A DNA stretch of 64,000 nucleotides from an uncultured Methanosarcinales archaeon. GTDB taxonomy: Archaea; Nanobdellota; Nanobdellia; Woesearchaeales; GW2011-AR4. A program made the position numbers and the translations under genes. Under the pieces are notes generated by a model. The model saw nothing but the letters and a program-made list of their open reading frames with translations. It did no database searches and was not told where the DNA came from. Shown in pieces: positions 27,405 to 37,506 of the stretch. The stretch covers positions 31,790 through 95,789 of the forward strand of contig CAYXZV010000001.1 of the NCBI GenBank assembly GCA_964469645.1. The letters run 5' to 3'. Positions within the stretch are counted from its first letter, which is position 1. Each line of letters opens with the position of its first letter.

Positions 27405-28673
27405 GTGTCTAAAATCAAAAGAGTGGTAGCAAGGGAAGTTCTTGATTCAAGAGGTAATCCTACTATTGGTGTTACTGTTGCAACTGAAAAATATATTGCT
27501 AGTGCAATTGTTCCTAGCGGTGCGTCAACAGGGTCACATGAGGCTTTAGAGTTAAGGGATAATGATAAAAAAAGATATAATGGAAAAGGTGTATTAAAAG
27601 CAGTAGATAATGTCAACAAAGTTATTTCTAAGAAGGTTGTTGGATTGAGATGTGAAAATCAGAAGAAGATAGATGAACTTATGATCAAGCTGGATGGAAC
27701 AGAAAACAAATCAAAACTTGGAGGAAATGCAATTTTAGGGGTTTCGATGGCTGTATGTAAAGCTGCTTCATTAGAAAAAAACATTAGTTTATTCCAATAT
27801 ATCAAAAATATTTCAAATAATAAAAATAAAAAATTTTCATTGCCTATCCCTCAACTAAATATAATCAACTCCGGTCAGCATGTTGGTGTAGAAAACGATA
27901 TACAGGAACATATGATACTGCCAGTCAATTTTAAAAGTTTTAAAGATGCTTTAAGAGCCGGTGTTGAAACTTACCATTCTTTAAAAAAAATCCTTAGGAA
28001 AAGATACGGCGCCAAAGAAACGCTTTTGGGAGATGAGGGGGGTTTTTCCCCGCACGTGTTAAGTGTTGAAAAAAGACTTGACTTGATTTTGGAAGCGATC
28101 CATGAAGCTGGCTATGACGGAAAAATAAAAATTGGTTTAGATTGTGCTGCTTCGGAGTTTTTTTACTCTGATTATTACAAAATTAATGGCAAGAGTTACA
28201 GTCCTGGAGAACTTATAGATTTCTACAGGAATCTTGTCAAGAAATATAAGATAATCTCTATAGAGGATGGAATGGCAGAAGACCATTGGACTGGATGGAA
28301 GCAGATGAATAAGGAATTAGGCAATAAAATACAGATTGTAGGAGATGATTTATTGGTCACAAATGTTGATAGAATCAATCAAGCAGTTGAGGATAAGGCA
28401 TGTAATGCTTTATTGTTGAAAGTAAATCAGATTGGAACAGTAAGTGAGACAATTGATGCAGCAAACTTAGCTTTCAAAAACAAATGGAATGTTGTTGTAA
28501 GCCATAGAAGCGGAGAGACTGAAGACAGTTTCATAGCGGATTTGGTTGTTGGATTAAACGCTAATCAATCAAAATTCGGAGCTCCTGCACGATCAGAAAG
28601 AACTGCAAAATATAATAGATTATTAAGCATAGAAGAACAGTTGGGGAGTAAGGCTGGGTTTGCTAAATTGTGA
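27405..28673 (+). CDS. eno: Enolase
   Basis: GTG start. REVLDSRGNPT, SHRSGETED and LLLKVNQIGT motifs. Confidence 0.95.
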   Translation: MSKIKRVVAREVLDSRGNPTIGVTVATEKYIASAIVPSGASTGSHEALELRDNDKKRYNGKGVLKAVDNVNKVISKKVVGLRCENQKKIDELMIKLDGTENKSKLGGNAILGVSMAVCKAASLEKNISLFQYIKNISNNKNKKFSLPIPQLNIINSGQHVGVENDIQEHMILPVNFKSFKDALRAGVETYHSLKKILRKRYGAKETLLGDEGGFSPHVLSVEKRLDLILEAIHEAGYDGKIKIGLDCAASEFFYSDYYKINGKSYSPGELIDFYRNLVKKYKIISIEDGMAEDHWTGWKQMNKELGNKIQIVGDDLLVTNVDRINQAVEDKACNALLLKVNQIGTVSETIDAANLAFKNKWNVVVSHRSGETEDSFIADLVVGLNANQSKFGAPARSERTAKYNRLLSIEEQLGSKAGFAKL

Positions 28674-28681
28674 ATAATTCT

Positions 28682-29566
28682 TTATGTATTTTCTCCCACT
28701 AATGGAACAAAACCTATTCCACTGAGTACTGGTTCTGAACTTTCAATTATTCCATCTTTGTATACCTGTTTTATTAAATAACCTTCTTGTTGAGGAAATA
28801 ATAATATACCCCATTTTGGATTTAGCTGTTTTCCCAATACAGAAGGATTGAAAGATTTTAAATCTACACCAGCAGTTAGATAAATTCTGTCAAAAGGTGC
28901 ATATTCTTCTGCTCCAATTGAACCATCTTCGTCGGGAATGATTTTTATTCTTTTTTCTAGGTCGTCCTTGCCAAAATGAGCTTCTAGATTCCCTTGAGCT
29001 AACTCTGCCAACTGTGGTATTTTTTCCACAGTAACTAGATAACCAGAATCTTCAATCAGATGGGAGACAATAGCAGCATGATAACCACAACCACTGCCAA
29101 TCTCTAGTACTCTTAACCCATCTTGTAGCTCTATTTGATAAGCCATAAAAGCAACAAGGGAAGGTTGAGAACAAGTTTGCTGGTGTCCGATGGGCAAAGG
29201 CATATCATTATAAGCCAAATGCTCTGCTTCTACAAAATATGGGCGTGCAGAGTTAGCTACACTACCTGCAGATTCTATTAAATCTGCAACTTCTCGACTA
29301 TTATCTATATTAGGTATTAGGCCTGCAAAAAAATCATCCATTTGAAAATTGAAGCCTATTTTAGGTTCTTTTAATCTTTGTAGGGCTCCTCTCATATTTT
29401 GAAGTATAAGGGAGTGAACACCAACTAAAGTAACTGGCTCAGTACCTAAGAAATCTTTTCTATCTACACCCCTCATAGTTTCTACTACTCTTTCATACTC
29501 TGGGGATTTATGTTCCTCAAAAATAGAACCATTTAATATTGTTCCCACCAAATCATCATTATTCAT
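28682..29566 (-). CDS. Protein-L-isoaspartate O-methyltransferase-like protein with an N-terminal insertion
   Basis: PLPIGHQQTCSQPSLVA and VLEIGSGCGYHAAIV motifs. About 80 extra residues lie between the N-terminal helix and the PLPIG motif. Confidence 0.7.
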   Translation of the reverse strand: MNNDDLVGTILNGSIFEEHKSPEYERVVETMRGVDRKDFLGTEPVTLVGVHSLILQNMRGALQRLKEPKIGFNFQMDDFFAGLIPNIDNSREVADLIESAGSVANSARPYFVEAEHLAYNDMPLPIGHQQTCSQPSLVAFMAYQIELQDGLRVLEIGSGCGYHAAIVSHLIEDSGYLVTVEKIPQLAELAQGNLEAHFGKDDLEKRIKIIPDEDGSIGAEEYAPFDRIYLTAGVDLKSFNPSVLGKQLNPKWGILLFPQQEGYLIKQVYKDGIIESSEPVLSGIGFVPLVGENT

Positions 29567-29665
29567 TCTCCTAAAGAATGATTCTTATTTTTTAAATGTT
29601 ACTATGCTAGAAGAACAATTCCAATAATCAATAAATTTAAATAAAAAGCTAATAAAAATTAAAAA

Positions 29666-30412
29666 ATGATTAAACTTGTACTGCTTAGACACGGAGAAAG
29701 TACCTGGAACAAAGCAAACAAATTTACAGGTTGGACTGATGTTCCGTTGACAGAGAAAGGCATCGAAGAGGCTAAAGAATCGGGGCAAGTGCTTAAAAAA
29801 GAAGGTTATACTTTTGATGTTGTTTTTACAAATGTGCTGGAAAGAGCCACTAAAACAACTGAGATAGTTCTAAAAGAGATAGGATTAGAAATCCCTGTGT
29901 ATGAGTCATGGCAATTAAATGAAAGGCATTATGGAGCGTTGCAAGGCCTGAATAAAGCAGAGATGGCAGCAAAATTCGGGGAGGAACAAGTTTTAAAGTG
30001 GCGAAGAAGTTATGATATAAGGCCACCTGTACTGAAAAAAGATGATGAAAGATACCCTGGTAATGATCCAAGATACAAGGATTTGGATGAGAAGGATCTT
30101 CCTCTGACAGAGTCATTAAAAGATACTGTTGCTAGAGTGTTGCCTTACTGGAAAAAGAAGATGATACCTGAATTAAAATCCGGGAAAAAAGTTTTAGTTT
30201 CTGCAAGCGGCAATAGTTTAAGAGCTTTAGTAAAAATTATTGATGATGTACCTAATGAAGAGATAGTTCATTTTAACATACCTACTGGCGTTCCTTTAGT
30301 TTATGAGCTGGATGATGATTTCAAGGCAGTAAAACATTATTTCTTAGGGGATGCAGAAGAAATAAAGGAAAAAATGGAAGCTGTTGCAGCGCAAGGTAAG
30401 GCAAAAAAATAA
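29666..30412 (+). CDS. gpmA: 2,3-bisphosphoglycerate-dependent phosphoglycerate mutase
   Basis: [12 protein letters not shown] catalytic motif. ERHYG. 248 aa. Confidence 0.9.
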   Translation: MIKLVLLRHGESTWNKANKFTGWTDVPLTEKGIEEAKESGQVLKKEGYTFDVVFTNVLERATKTTEIVLKEIGLEIPVYESWQLNERHYGALQGLNKAEMAAKFGEEQVLKWRRSYDIRPPVLKKDDERYPGNDPRYKDLDEKDLPLTESLKDTVARVLPYWKKKMIPELKSGKKVLVSASGNSLRALVKIIDDVPNEEIVHFNIPTGVPLVYELDDDFKAVKHYFLGDAEEIKEKMEAVAAQGKAKK

Positions 30413-31273
30413 TTATTTCTCCAAAACCAAAGCACCTGCACCTAAAATCCCAGCTTCTTTTAAATTTGACTTAACTATCTTTTGGGGTTTGGAAAAGTAT
30501 CTTTCTTTTACTGCTTTGTTCATGCTTTTGCTGAAGAATTTCCAGGAATTTGATATTTTTCCTCCTACGACGATAATATCCGGATCTAAGGCATAAATTA
30601 TATTTGTCAGGCCTATTCCTAAATAATTTCCCATACTATCAAATGTTTTAATGGCTTTTTTGTTTCCTTTCAAGGCTAATTGGTAGATAGAGTGAGGATT
30701 ACTGCTTCCGAATGTTTTTTTTATTCCTCTTGCTGCAACATGAGTTTCTATGCATCCATGATTTTTGCATCTGCTTTTAGGGCCGTCGTAATTTATTGTC
30801 ATGTGCCCTAGTTCTGCTGCATTATTCCTACCATGATATATTTTTTTGTTGATTACGAATCCACCACCAATGCCCGTGCCTAAAGTTATTCCTACAATAT
30901 TTTCATATTTTTTTCCATAACCAAAAGTTGCTTCAGCAAGAGCAAAACAATTTGCATCATTATCCAGAAAAGCTTTTATTTTGAATTTATTTTGAATTAT
31001 TTTTCTTAATGGAGTGTTATGGAAAGGCAGGTTTACTGGATTTGTAATTGTCCCGGTCTTGTAATTTAATGGACCTGGGCTTCCTATGCCTATCCCGGAT
31101 ATTTTTCCGGACTTAACTTCTTTTATTGAAGAAATAATATTATTTATTACTGTTTTAGTTCCTTTTTTTGTTTGTGTCGGCGTTTCATATTTTTTTATTA
31201 TCCTGCCTTTTGATGTAATCAGTGCTGCCTTTACGTTTGTTCCGCCTAAATCGACTCCTATTATGTTTTGCAT
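30413..31273 (-). CDS. ROK-family sugar kinase (glucokinase-like)
   Basis: GVDLGGTNVK ATP-binding motif. A Cys/His cluster (CKNHGCIETH). Gly-rich ROK signature. Confidence 0.85.
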   Translation of the reverse strand: MQNIIGVDLGGTNVKAALITSKGRIIKKYETPTQTKKGTKTVINNIISSIKEVKSGKISGIGIGSPGPLNYKTGTITNPVNLPFHNTPLRKIIQNKFKIKAFLDNDANCFALAEATFGYGKKYENIVGITLGTGIGGGFVINKKIYHGRNNAAELGHMTINYDGPKSRCKNHGCIETHVAARGIKKTFGSSNPHSIYQLALKGNKKAIKTFDSMGNYLGIGLTNIIYALDPDIIVVGGKISNSWKFFSKSMNKAVKERYFSKPQKIVKSNLKEAGILGAGALVLEK

Positions 31274-31549
31274 AGCTATAATTAAAGAAGCAATGGTATT
31301 TATAAATATCGGTTGCTATAAACTTAATTAAGAATCTTGCAGATTAAAATTAGTTTTTAGAAAAATTGAATCTGGTGGTCAATTCTTTTTGAATTTTCCA
31401 GTTTTTTCAACCTTTCCTACATATCAAATTAATGTTGTGAAAAACTTGCGCTTTTCATATTAATTTTCTATGATTTTCCAATTTCAATCTGCAAGATCAT
31501 GAGTAATATTGGACCCTATCTTGTGCTAGGGAAATGAATGTTTGTGTGC

Positions 31550-31645
31550 TTATTTGTTATCAAAGTTGTCAGCTCTGTTATTGGGGTCTACGGAAATGAT
31601 GTCATCAAGTACTGATTCGGGTTCTTTTTTTGAAAGAATTTCCAT
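31550..31645 (-). CDS. Candidate 31-aa acidic micro-ORF with a strong Shine-Dalgarno
   Basis: On the minus strand, GGAGGTG lies 6 nt upstream of the ATG. My translation: MEILSKKEPESVLDDIISVDPNNRADNFDNK. No family recognised. Confidence 0.25.
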   Translation of the reverse strand: MEILSKKEPESVLDDIISVDPNNRADNFDNK

Positions 31646-31763
31646 TAGATCCACCTCCGCAAGCTAACGAATGTAGAGATTATATAAATTCATTGGCAAA
31701 AAAGCAGATTATTTGAACTAAAATAACAACATTTATATAGTAAAATGGTTTAAATGAACCAAA

Positions 31764-32222
31764 ATGAACCAATTAATAGATGAAAAAGACAAAAAGATAC
31801 TGGAAGTATTGCAAGAAAACTCCAATTTGTCTTCCCATAAGATATCCAAGAAGACATTGATTCCAATTACAACAGTCAATAATAGAATAAAGAAGCTTAA
31901 GAAAGAAGGTGTAATAAAAAAATTCACAATCGAGACTGATCAATTCAAACTTGGGTTTAATCTTTCAGCTTATATCCTTATCATGGTATCATTGGATGAG
32001 CTTAAGCAGCATAAGATGAAAACAAAGGATCTTTTAAGGACAATAAAAACTAGTCCTCTTGTGGAATCAGCGGATACTGTTTCAGGAGATGTTGATGTGA
32101 TAGTTAAAATGCACATTAGGGATATAAATGAGCTTAACGATTATGTTGTTAACATATTGTCATATTACAAAGGTGTTGAAAAAACGAAAACTGCTTTGAT
32201 ACTTACACATGTTAAACAATAA
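31764..32222 (+). CDS. Lrp/AsnC-family transcriptional regulator
   Basis: N-terminal HTH (DKKILEVLQENSNLSSHKISKKTLIPITTVNNRIKKLKKEGVI) plus a RAM-like C-terminal domain. Confidence 0.85.
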   Translation: MNQLIDEKDKKILEVLQENSNLSSHKISKKTLIPITTVNNRIKKLKKEGVIKKFTIETDQFKLGFNLSAYILIMVSLDELKQHKMKTKDLLRTIKTSPLVESADTVSGDVDVIVKMHIRDINELNDYVVNILSYYKGVEKTKTALILTHVKQ

Positions 32223-33173
32223 TCATCTGCTTCTGTAGAAACTTGCAGCATCTTCCGGCATCGTCGAGTTTATTGTCGCTCCTGTTGAAAGCTCAAATCC
32301 GCCCCATTTTGCCAGTCTTGGAGTAATTTCGATGTGGAAGTGCAGGTCATGGCCTTGCGGGGCATAGTGCAGGAAGAAATTGTAAGAGATATTTGATTTT
32401 TTTAATTTCAAGAGAATTTTTTTTAATACAGATGCCATGTCATAAAGCTCTTCATCATACATAGCTGTTATATTCTTAACGTGTCTTTTCGGGAATACCC
32501 AGGCTTCGAAATTAAATCTCGATGCATATGGTGCAAATGCAACGATGCTTTTGTTTTCTGTTATTCTTCTTTTGCTTTTTGATTCTAGCTTTATTATGCT
32601 GCAATATGGACAATTCTTAGATTTTTTTGCAGCTTTAACTTTGTCCATCACGTCGTCCGGCAACAAAGGAAGAGCAACTATTTGAGTATGGGAATGCACT
32701 AAAGAAGTTGCTGCATGGGAGCCTTTATTCTTGAATACAGTTATATACTTTATCCCTTTTAGTTTTGATAATGCTTTTATTCTTAATATGTATACATCAA
32801 GGATCTCTTTTATATGCTCTATACTTAAGTCTGCAAGCTGTTTTTTATGATCGTTTGTTTCTGCAATCACTTCATGAATGCCGTAATTGTTGCCTTCTAT
32901 GAGAAACTTGTTTTTTGCCTTTATTTTTGCACTGCCTTTTTTCTCTACAACAGGAAACTTGTTCGGAAACCATCTTATTTTCCATGAGTTTTTGTACTCT
33001 ACACGCCCAATTTCTTTGGGTGTTAGGTTCTCGTTTCCGGGGCAGAAGAAGCATGTTTTTGAATTACTGGTCTCATTTACACCATCTTCTTTGAATTCAT
33101 GCTTTCTTTTTTTCCTTTCAGTTGCGTAATAAACCCACCTGTCAAGGATGTAGTCTTTTCTTATTACTCCCAT
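32223..33173 (-). CDS. HIT-family galactose-1-phosphate uridylyltransferase-like enzyme
   Basis: CFFCPGNE zinc motif and HSHTQI (HxHxQ) active-site motif. Confidence 0.8.
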   Translation of the reverse strand: MGVIRKDYILDRWVYYATERKKRKHEFKEDGVNETSNSKTCFFCPGNENLTPKEIGRVEYKNSWKIRWFPNKFPVVEKKGSAKIKAKNKFLIEGNNYGIHEVIAETNDHKKQLADLSIEHIKEILDVYILRIKALSKLKGIKYITVFKNKGSHAATSLVHSHTQIVALPLLPDDVMDKVKAAKKSKNCPYCSIIKLESKSKRRITENKSIVAFAPYASRFNFEAWVFPKRHVKNITAMYDEELYDMASVLKKILLKLKKSNISYNFFLHYAPQGHDLHFHIEITPRLAKWGGFELSTGATINSTMPEDAASFYRSR

Positions 33174-33255
33174 ATTAAGATTCCACTAATAGAATTATTT
33201 AAAACTTTTGAATTATTTCACAATATTTAATAAAGAAAGAAATATCCTGAATTGT

Positions 33256-33927
33256 ATGGAATTTAAATCTATAAAAGATAAGATACCTAAGGGACTGTAT
33301 GGTGTTCTTGAAAAAGATATAAAGAAATTAAGGCCAGCACAGGAGAAAGCAATTAATAAAGGATTGTTGGACAGGAAAAACCTGCTTGTCTGCACGCCAA
33401 CTGCTTCCGGGAAAACTCTAATAGCTGAACTAGCTGCCTTGAAGTCCATTATTGATGGCAATGGCAAGGCAATCTATATAGTGCCCTTAAAGGCATTAGC
33501 TTCTGAAAAATACAAGGATTTTAAGAAAAGATATGATGGAGTTGCAAAGGTTGCCTTATCTATTGGAGATATTGACAGCTCTGATTCTTATCTGGTTGAT
33601 TATGACCTAATCATTGTTACGGCAGAGAAACTTGATTCATTAATAAGGCATCATGCTCCATGGTTGAGTTTGATAAGTACGATAATAATTGATGAGATAC
33701 ATCTGCTTAACGACGCAGGAAGAGGGCCAACATTGGAAATACTAATTACAATACTAAGACAATTATTAAAAAAATCTCAAATTATCGGCTTAAGCGCTAC
33801 AATAGGAAATCCTAAAGAGTTAGCTGAATGGTTGGATGCAGAACTTGTGGAAGATGATTGGAGACCTGTAAAACTGCATAAAGGCGTTTATTTAGACGGA
33901 GAAATCGAATTTTCTACGCGCCCTTAG
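33256..33927 (+). pseudogene. Hel308/Ski2-like helicase N-terminal fragment (first RecA domain only)
   Basis: Motif I TPTASGKT, motif II DEIH and motif III SAT are present. The ORF stops after about 224 aa, 18 nt before the convergent ftsY. Full-length relatives are about 700 aa. Confidence 0.55.
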
Positions 33928-33944
33928 AACAGAGTATTGTTCGA

Positions 33945-35054
33945 TTAAAACAAGCTTTCAACGATTAAATTAGGCTCAAATTCTTTTAAGTCAGAATATT
34001 CCTGGCCAACACCTAAGTAAACTATTGGTTTTTTTGTGACGTAGCTTACAGATATGGCAGCGCCGCCTTTTTCATCGACATCAGATTTTGTCAAAATTAT
34101 TCCGTCTATTCCGATAATCTCATTGAATTTTTGGGCTTGCTCCACACAGTCATTGCCTGCGATGCTTTCTCCGACGAATAATTTTAAGTCAGGCTTTGCA
34201 ACGTTAACAATTTTCTTTAATTCATCCATGAGGTTAGCTTGGTTCTGCAGTCTTCCAGCAGTATCTATCAAGACAACATCAATGTTTTTTGCCTGTGCGT
34301 GCTTTACTGCGTCGAATGCGACTGCAGCAGGATCCGAGCCGTAATCATGCTTTATCAGTTTTATTCCTAATTTATCCGCATGTATCTGCAGCTGCTCAAT
34401 CGAAGCTGCACGGAAAGTGTCAGATGCTGCCAGCACGCAGGATAGATTATTATTTTTTAATAAATCTGCAACTTTTGCTATTGTTGTTGTCTTGCCGGAA
34501 CCATTGATTCCGAAAAAAGATATTACAAAAGGCTTTTCAACCTTATTTTTGATATTTTTCAACAAACTTATTTTTTCAATGTTAAATAGGTCTTCTACAG
34601 AATTTTTTAACGTGGTTTTAATTGTTTCTTCTATTCCAGTTCTTTTTATCGGCTTCTCCACTAGATTTTGCCTTAAATCTGTTTTTATTTTTTCGACAAC
34701 TTCCAGGGCAACGTTGTTTTCCATCAACACCAATTCCAGATCTGAGAATAAATTTTCAAATTTTTCGTAGGAAAGCTTTGTTGTTACTATCTTTTCTTTT
34801 ATTTTGCCGAAAAAACCCTTTTTTTCTTCAACTTCTGTTTCTTCTTCAGTTTCAGGGGTTTCTGTTTTAACTTCTTTCTGTTTTACTTCTTCTTTAGTCT
34901 CTATTGTTTCTTTTTTTTCTTCCACTACTTCTTTTTCAATTATTTCTTCCTTTATTTCTTCTTTTGGCCCTTCTTCTGCCTTGACCTCTTCCTCTGCTTT
35001 CTTGGAAAACTTAGAGATAGCTCCTTTTAATTTATCTTTTAAGAAATTAAACAT
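33945..35054 (-). CDS. ftsY: SRP receptor FtsY
   Basis: N-terminal MFNFLKDKLKG amphipathic start, acidic A region, NG domain GINGSGKTTT, DTAGR, TKSDV. Start moved to the internal ATG. Confidence 0.9.
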   Translation of the reverse strand: MFNFLKDKLKGAISKFSKKAEEEVKAEEGPKEEIKEEIIEKEVVEEKKETIETKEEVKQKEVKTETPETEEETEVEEKKGFFGKIKEKIVTTKLSYEKFENLFSDLELVLMENNVALEVVEKIKTDLRQNLVEKPIKRTGIEETIKTTLKNSVEDLFNIEKISLLKNIKNKVEKPFVISFFGINGSGKTTTIAKVADLLKNNNLSCVLAASDTFRAASIEQLQIHADKLGIKLIKHDYGSDPAAVAFDAVKHAQAKNIDVVLIDTAGRLQNQANLMDELKKIVNVAKPDLKLFVGESIAGNDCVEQAQKFNEIIGIDGIILTKSDVDEKGGAAISVSYVTKKPIVYLGVGQEYSDLKEFEPNLIVESLF

Positions 35055-35064
35055 ATTATAGCAC

Positions 35065-35490
35065 CTACTTATTTTGCAATGCAGAAGCAATTGTATTTAT
35101 TTCCTGTTCCATCATCGCTGCTTTTGTTGTCTGTTCCTGCAGCTGATTTACAAGAGTTTCCTGGAGTTTTTTCATTTCATCAATTTGTGTTTCCATGAGC
35201 TTTTTTGTTGAGTTGATATCTTTCACTAAAGTTGTGTTAGCGCCTACATTTACAATGAAGTTTTTGTTGTCTTTTAGCTCTGCTTTTGCATAAATGCCTG
35301 AGCTTAATGGGACTAATATCTCTGTTTTTTCCTTTAGTTTTTCCATATCATCCAAGCTTTGTTTAGTTGCCATAAGCTCCATGAGCTGGTTGTTAAGGGC
35401 TGTATTCTGCTGATCAAGCTGCTTTATCTGCTGATCAAGCATCTGAAACTCTAAATACTTCTTTTGGAGCTTTTCTTCTTTCTCTGTCAT
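35065..35490 (-). CDS. pfdA: Prefoldin alpha subunit
   Basis: Coiled coil - beta hairpins (ILVPLSSGIYAKAELKD..FIVNVGAN) - coiled coil. 141 aa. Confidence 0.8.
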   Translation of the reverse strand: MTEKEEKLQKKYLEFQMLDQQIKQLDQQNTALNNQLMELMATKQSLDDMEKLKEKTEILVPLSSGIYAKAELKDNKNFIVNVGANTTLVKDINSTKKLMETQIDEMKKLQETLVNQLQEQTTKAAMMEQEINTIASALQNK

Positions 35491-36458
35491 CGTACTTTCT
35501 TCTTTAGTTTTTGATATAATTTATCATAAACAACACCCATAGGGGTTCCATCATGCTGCCTTTTTATTGTTTCTGCAAGCAAAGGAGCTACAGAAATAAC
35601 AGTTATTTTCTTGATTCTCTTTTCCTTTGGAAGCTCAATTGTGTTTGTGGTTAAAATTTCCTTTATCTTTGATTTTTGGAGTCTTTTTATTGCCGGTCCT
35701 GACAGCACAGGGTGGGTTGTAACTGCATAAGTGTCTTTTGCACCATGTTTTTTCAGGATTGCAGCTGCTTCTGTTATGGTTCCTGCTGTATCCAGGATAT
35801 CATCAACTAAGATTGTTGTTTTGTTCTTTACGTCACCTATAACATGGCCCATTACAACATTGCCTTTTTCATCTCGTCTTTTGTCTATAATTGCTATCGG
35901 AGCATGTAAAACCGCGGCTAATGTTCTTGTCCTTTTAGCCCCCCCGACGTCAGGTGCGACAAAAACTACATTCTTTAGTTTTTTGTTTAGTATATGTTCA
36001 GCGTATATTGGCCTTAAATCAAGATTATCGGAGGGTATGTCAAAAAATCCCTGTACCTGGTCAACATGCAGCTCAAATGTCATTATTCTGTCAGCACCTG
36101 CTGATTCCAGCATTTTTGCCACTAGTTTTGCACTGATTGGCTCGCGAGCTTTTGCTTTTCTGTCTTGTCTTGCATATCCAAAGTAAGGTATCACTGCTGT
36201 TATTCTTTGCGGTGAGGAACGCTTTAGCGCGTCTATGGTGATTAGAAGTTCCATCAAATTTAGGTTTGCATCAGGACTTGTAGGCTGTACAACATAAACA
36301 TCTGAACCACGGACACTTTCCAGGATTCTTACATATATTTCTCCATCGTTGAATTTATGTATGTCTGCCGGAGTGAGCTTGACTTTTAGGTGTTTAGCTA
36401 CTTCTATGGCTAGGCTTTTGTTAGCTGTACCTGATATTACCTTTAATTCTCCTTGCAT
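35487..36458 (-). CDS. prs: Ribose-phosphate pyrophosphokinase
   Basis: YFGYARQDRK, ELHVDQVQGFF and VDDILDTAGT PRPP-binding motifs. Confidence 0.95.
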   Translation of the reverse strand: MQGELKVISGTANKSLAIEVAKHLKVKLTPADIHKFNDGEIYVRILESVRGSDVYVVQPTSPDANLNLMELLITIDALKRSSPQRITAVIPYFGYARQDRKAKAREPISAKLVAKMLESAGADRIMTFELHVDQVQGFFDIPSDNLDLRPIYAEHILNKKLKNVVFVAPDVGGAKRTRTLAAVLHAPIAIIDKRRDEKGNVVMGHVIGDVKNKTTILVDDILDTAGTITEAAAILKKHGAKDTYAVTTHPVLSGPAIKRLQKSKIKEILTTNTIELPKEKRIKKITVISVAPLLAETIKRQHDGTPMGVVYDKLYQKLKKKVR

Positions 36459-36519
36459 TTTACCCCCAAGCTGTTACATAATTATATGTTTTAGTTTAAA
36501 AATGTTGCCATTTTATGAC

Positions 36520-37269
36520 TTATGTCTCTGCACCTAGCTCCTTATCTACTTCTTTTTCGGTGTTGAGTATTATCTCTATCTCTCCAAAGTGCTCTTTTTG
36601 CTCTAAATTAACTTTTCTTTGAGTTGTTAAATGGAGTAACGGGATAAATGTGTAGATTTTGTCTTCTTTTGATTTTGAAGGTACTAGTTGAGTAAAAGTA
36701 AGAGTTTTTTGCTTGTTGATGATGAAAAATGACCTTATTTTAGAGTAGACTTCCCTTATTATTTGGGTTATATCTATCTTTTTTTCAGGTATTTTGACAT
36801 CCATTGGCGGAATTGAGTTTAAAACGCGTCTTTGCTTCACTTCTAATGCTTTTTCCAGAGCATTTACAAGGTCAAAAACAGAGACTTTTCTTTTTCTTGG
36901 TTGTGGTGTCCTTGGAATAAGGATAGGCCTTTCTCCGGGTTCATAATGCTGTTGCTCTTCTAAGTCAAGCTCTTCAGCAAGATCTTCTTCTTCAGTCAGC
37001 AGCCTGTCAAGTTCAGATAGATCCTCATTTAGAAGCCTGTTTGATTTAACTTTCAGTAGAATAGCGGCTGCCAGGAGCACTTTACCTGAAATCCTGAAAT
37101 CAAGCTCTTTTAGCTTTTTTATAGTATCAATGTATTTTTTTGTTAATTCGCTTATGTTAATGTCCCATGGATTCATGCCTTCTTTTTTTACTAGTTCATA
37201 AAGCAAAGCCTGCCAAGTAACTTCATCCTTGCTGTACAGTATCTGGAATATCCTGGCATTGCTGTCCAT
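36520..37269 (-). CDS. scpA: Segregation and condensation protein A (kleisin)
   Basis: ScpA-like N-terminus (MNPWDINISELTKKYI) and C-terminal winged helix. 249 aa. Confidence 0.75.
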   Translation of the reverse strand: MDSNARIFQILYSKDEVTWQALLYELVKKEGMNPWDINISELTKKYIDTIKKLKELDFRISGKVLLAAAILLKVKSNRLLNEDLSELDRLLTEEEDLAEELDLEEQQHYEPGERPILIPRTPQPRKRKVSVFDLVNALEKALEVKQRRVLNSIPPMDVKIPEKKIDITQIIREVYSKIRSFFIINKQKTLTFTQLVPSKSKEDKIYTFIPLLHLTTQRKVNLEQKEHFGEIEIILNTEKEVDKELGAET

Positions 37270-37465
37270 TTAATTAATTTTATAGTTTAGTAGTATTTAA
37301 ATTTAATGTTAAAAATATTTTTATGTCTTGTTTATTATTAATTCTTCTCAGTTCTAGGCCTCCCCATTGTGGTCGGCATCTATTTCTATCTACAACACTA
37401 AGAACTCGCTGGCAATGGTTGCGGGACTATATATCTTTACTTGCACAACCACTTAAATATTGTAT

Positions 37466-37481
37466 CAAAACATTTTTATAT
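37466..37481 (+). promoter_or_regulatory. BRE/TATA promoter of the tRNA-Val / tRNA-Gly pair
   Basis: AAAACATTTTTATAT ends 26 nt before the first tRNA nucleotide. Confidence 0.55.
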
Positions 37482-37506
37482 TGTCTGTAGTTCTAGGTTT
37501 CTTAAT

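Noticed and set aside
31334-31497. 11-bp inverted repeat ATCTTGCAGAT / ATCTGCAAGAT about 150 bp apart, as a possible MITE
   Set aside because: An 11-bp match within a few hundred bp is at the chance level for this window. There are no target-site duplications and no second copy.
31600-31630. C/D-box sRNA candidate (ATGATGT ... CTGA)
   Set aside because: Only one C-like and one D-like box are present, 12 nt apart. There are no C'/D' partners or terminal stem, and it overlaps the micro-ORF on the other strand. The ATGATGA at 9399 and the TGATGAT at 38366 likewise lack D boxes.
37340-37440. GC-richer patch (CCCCATTG ... CAATGG..GGG) upstream of the tRNA promoter, as a possible ncRNA
   Set aside because: Only a short imperfect inverted repeat is present. 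I could not recognise any promoter, conserved box or family resemblance.
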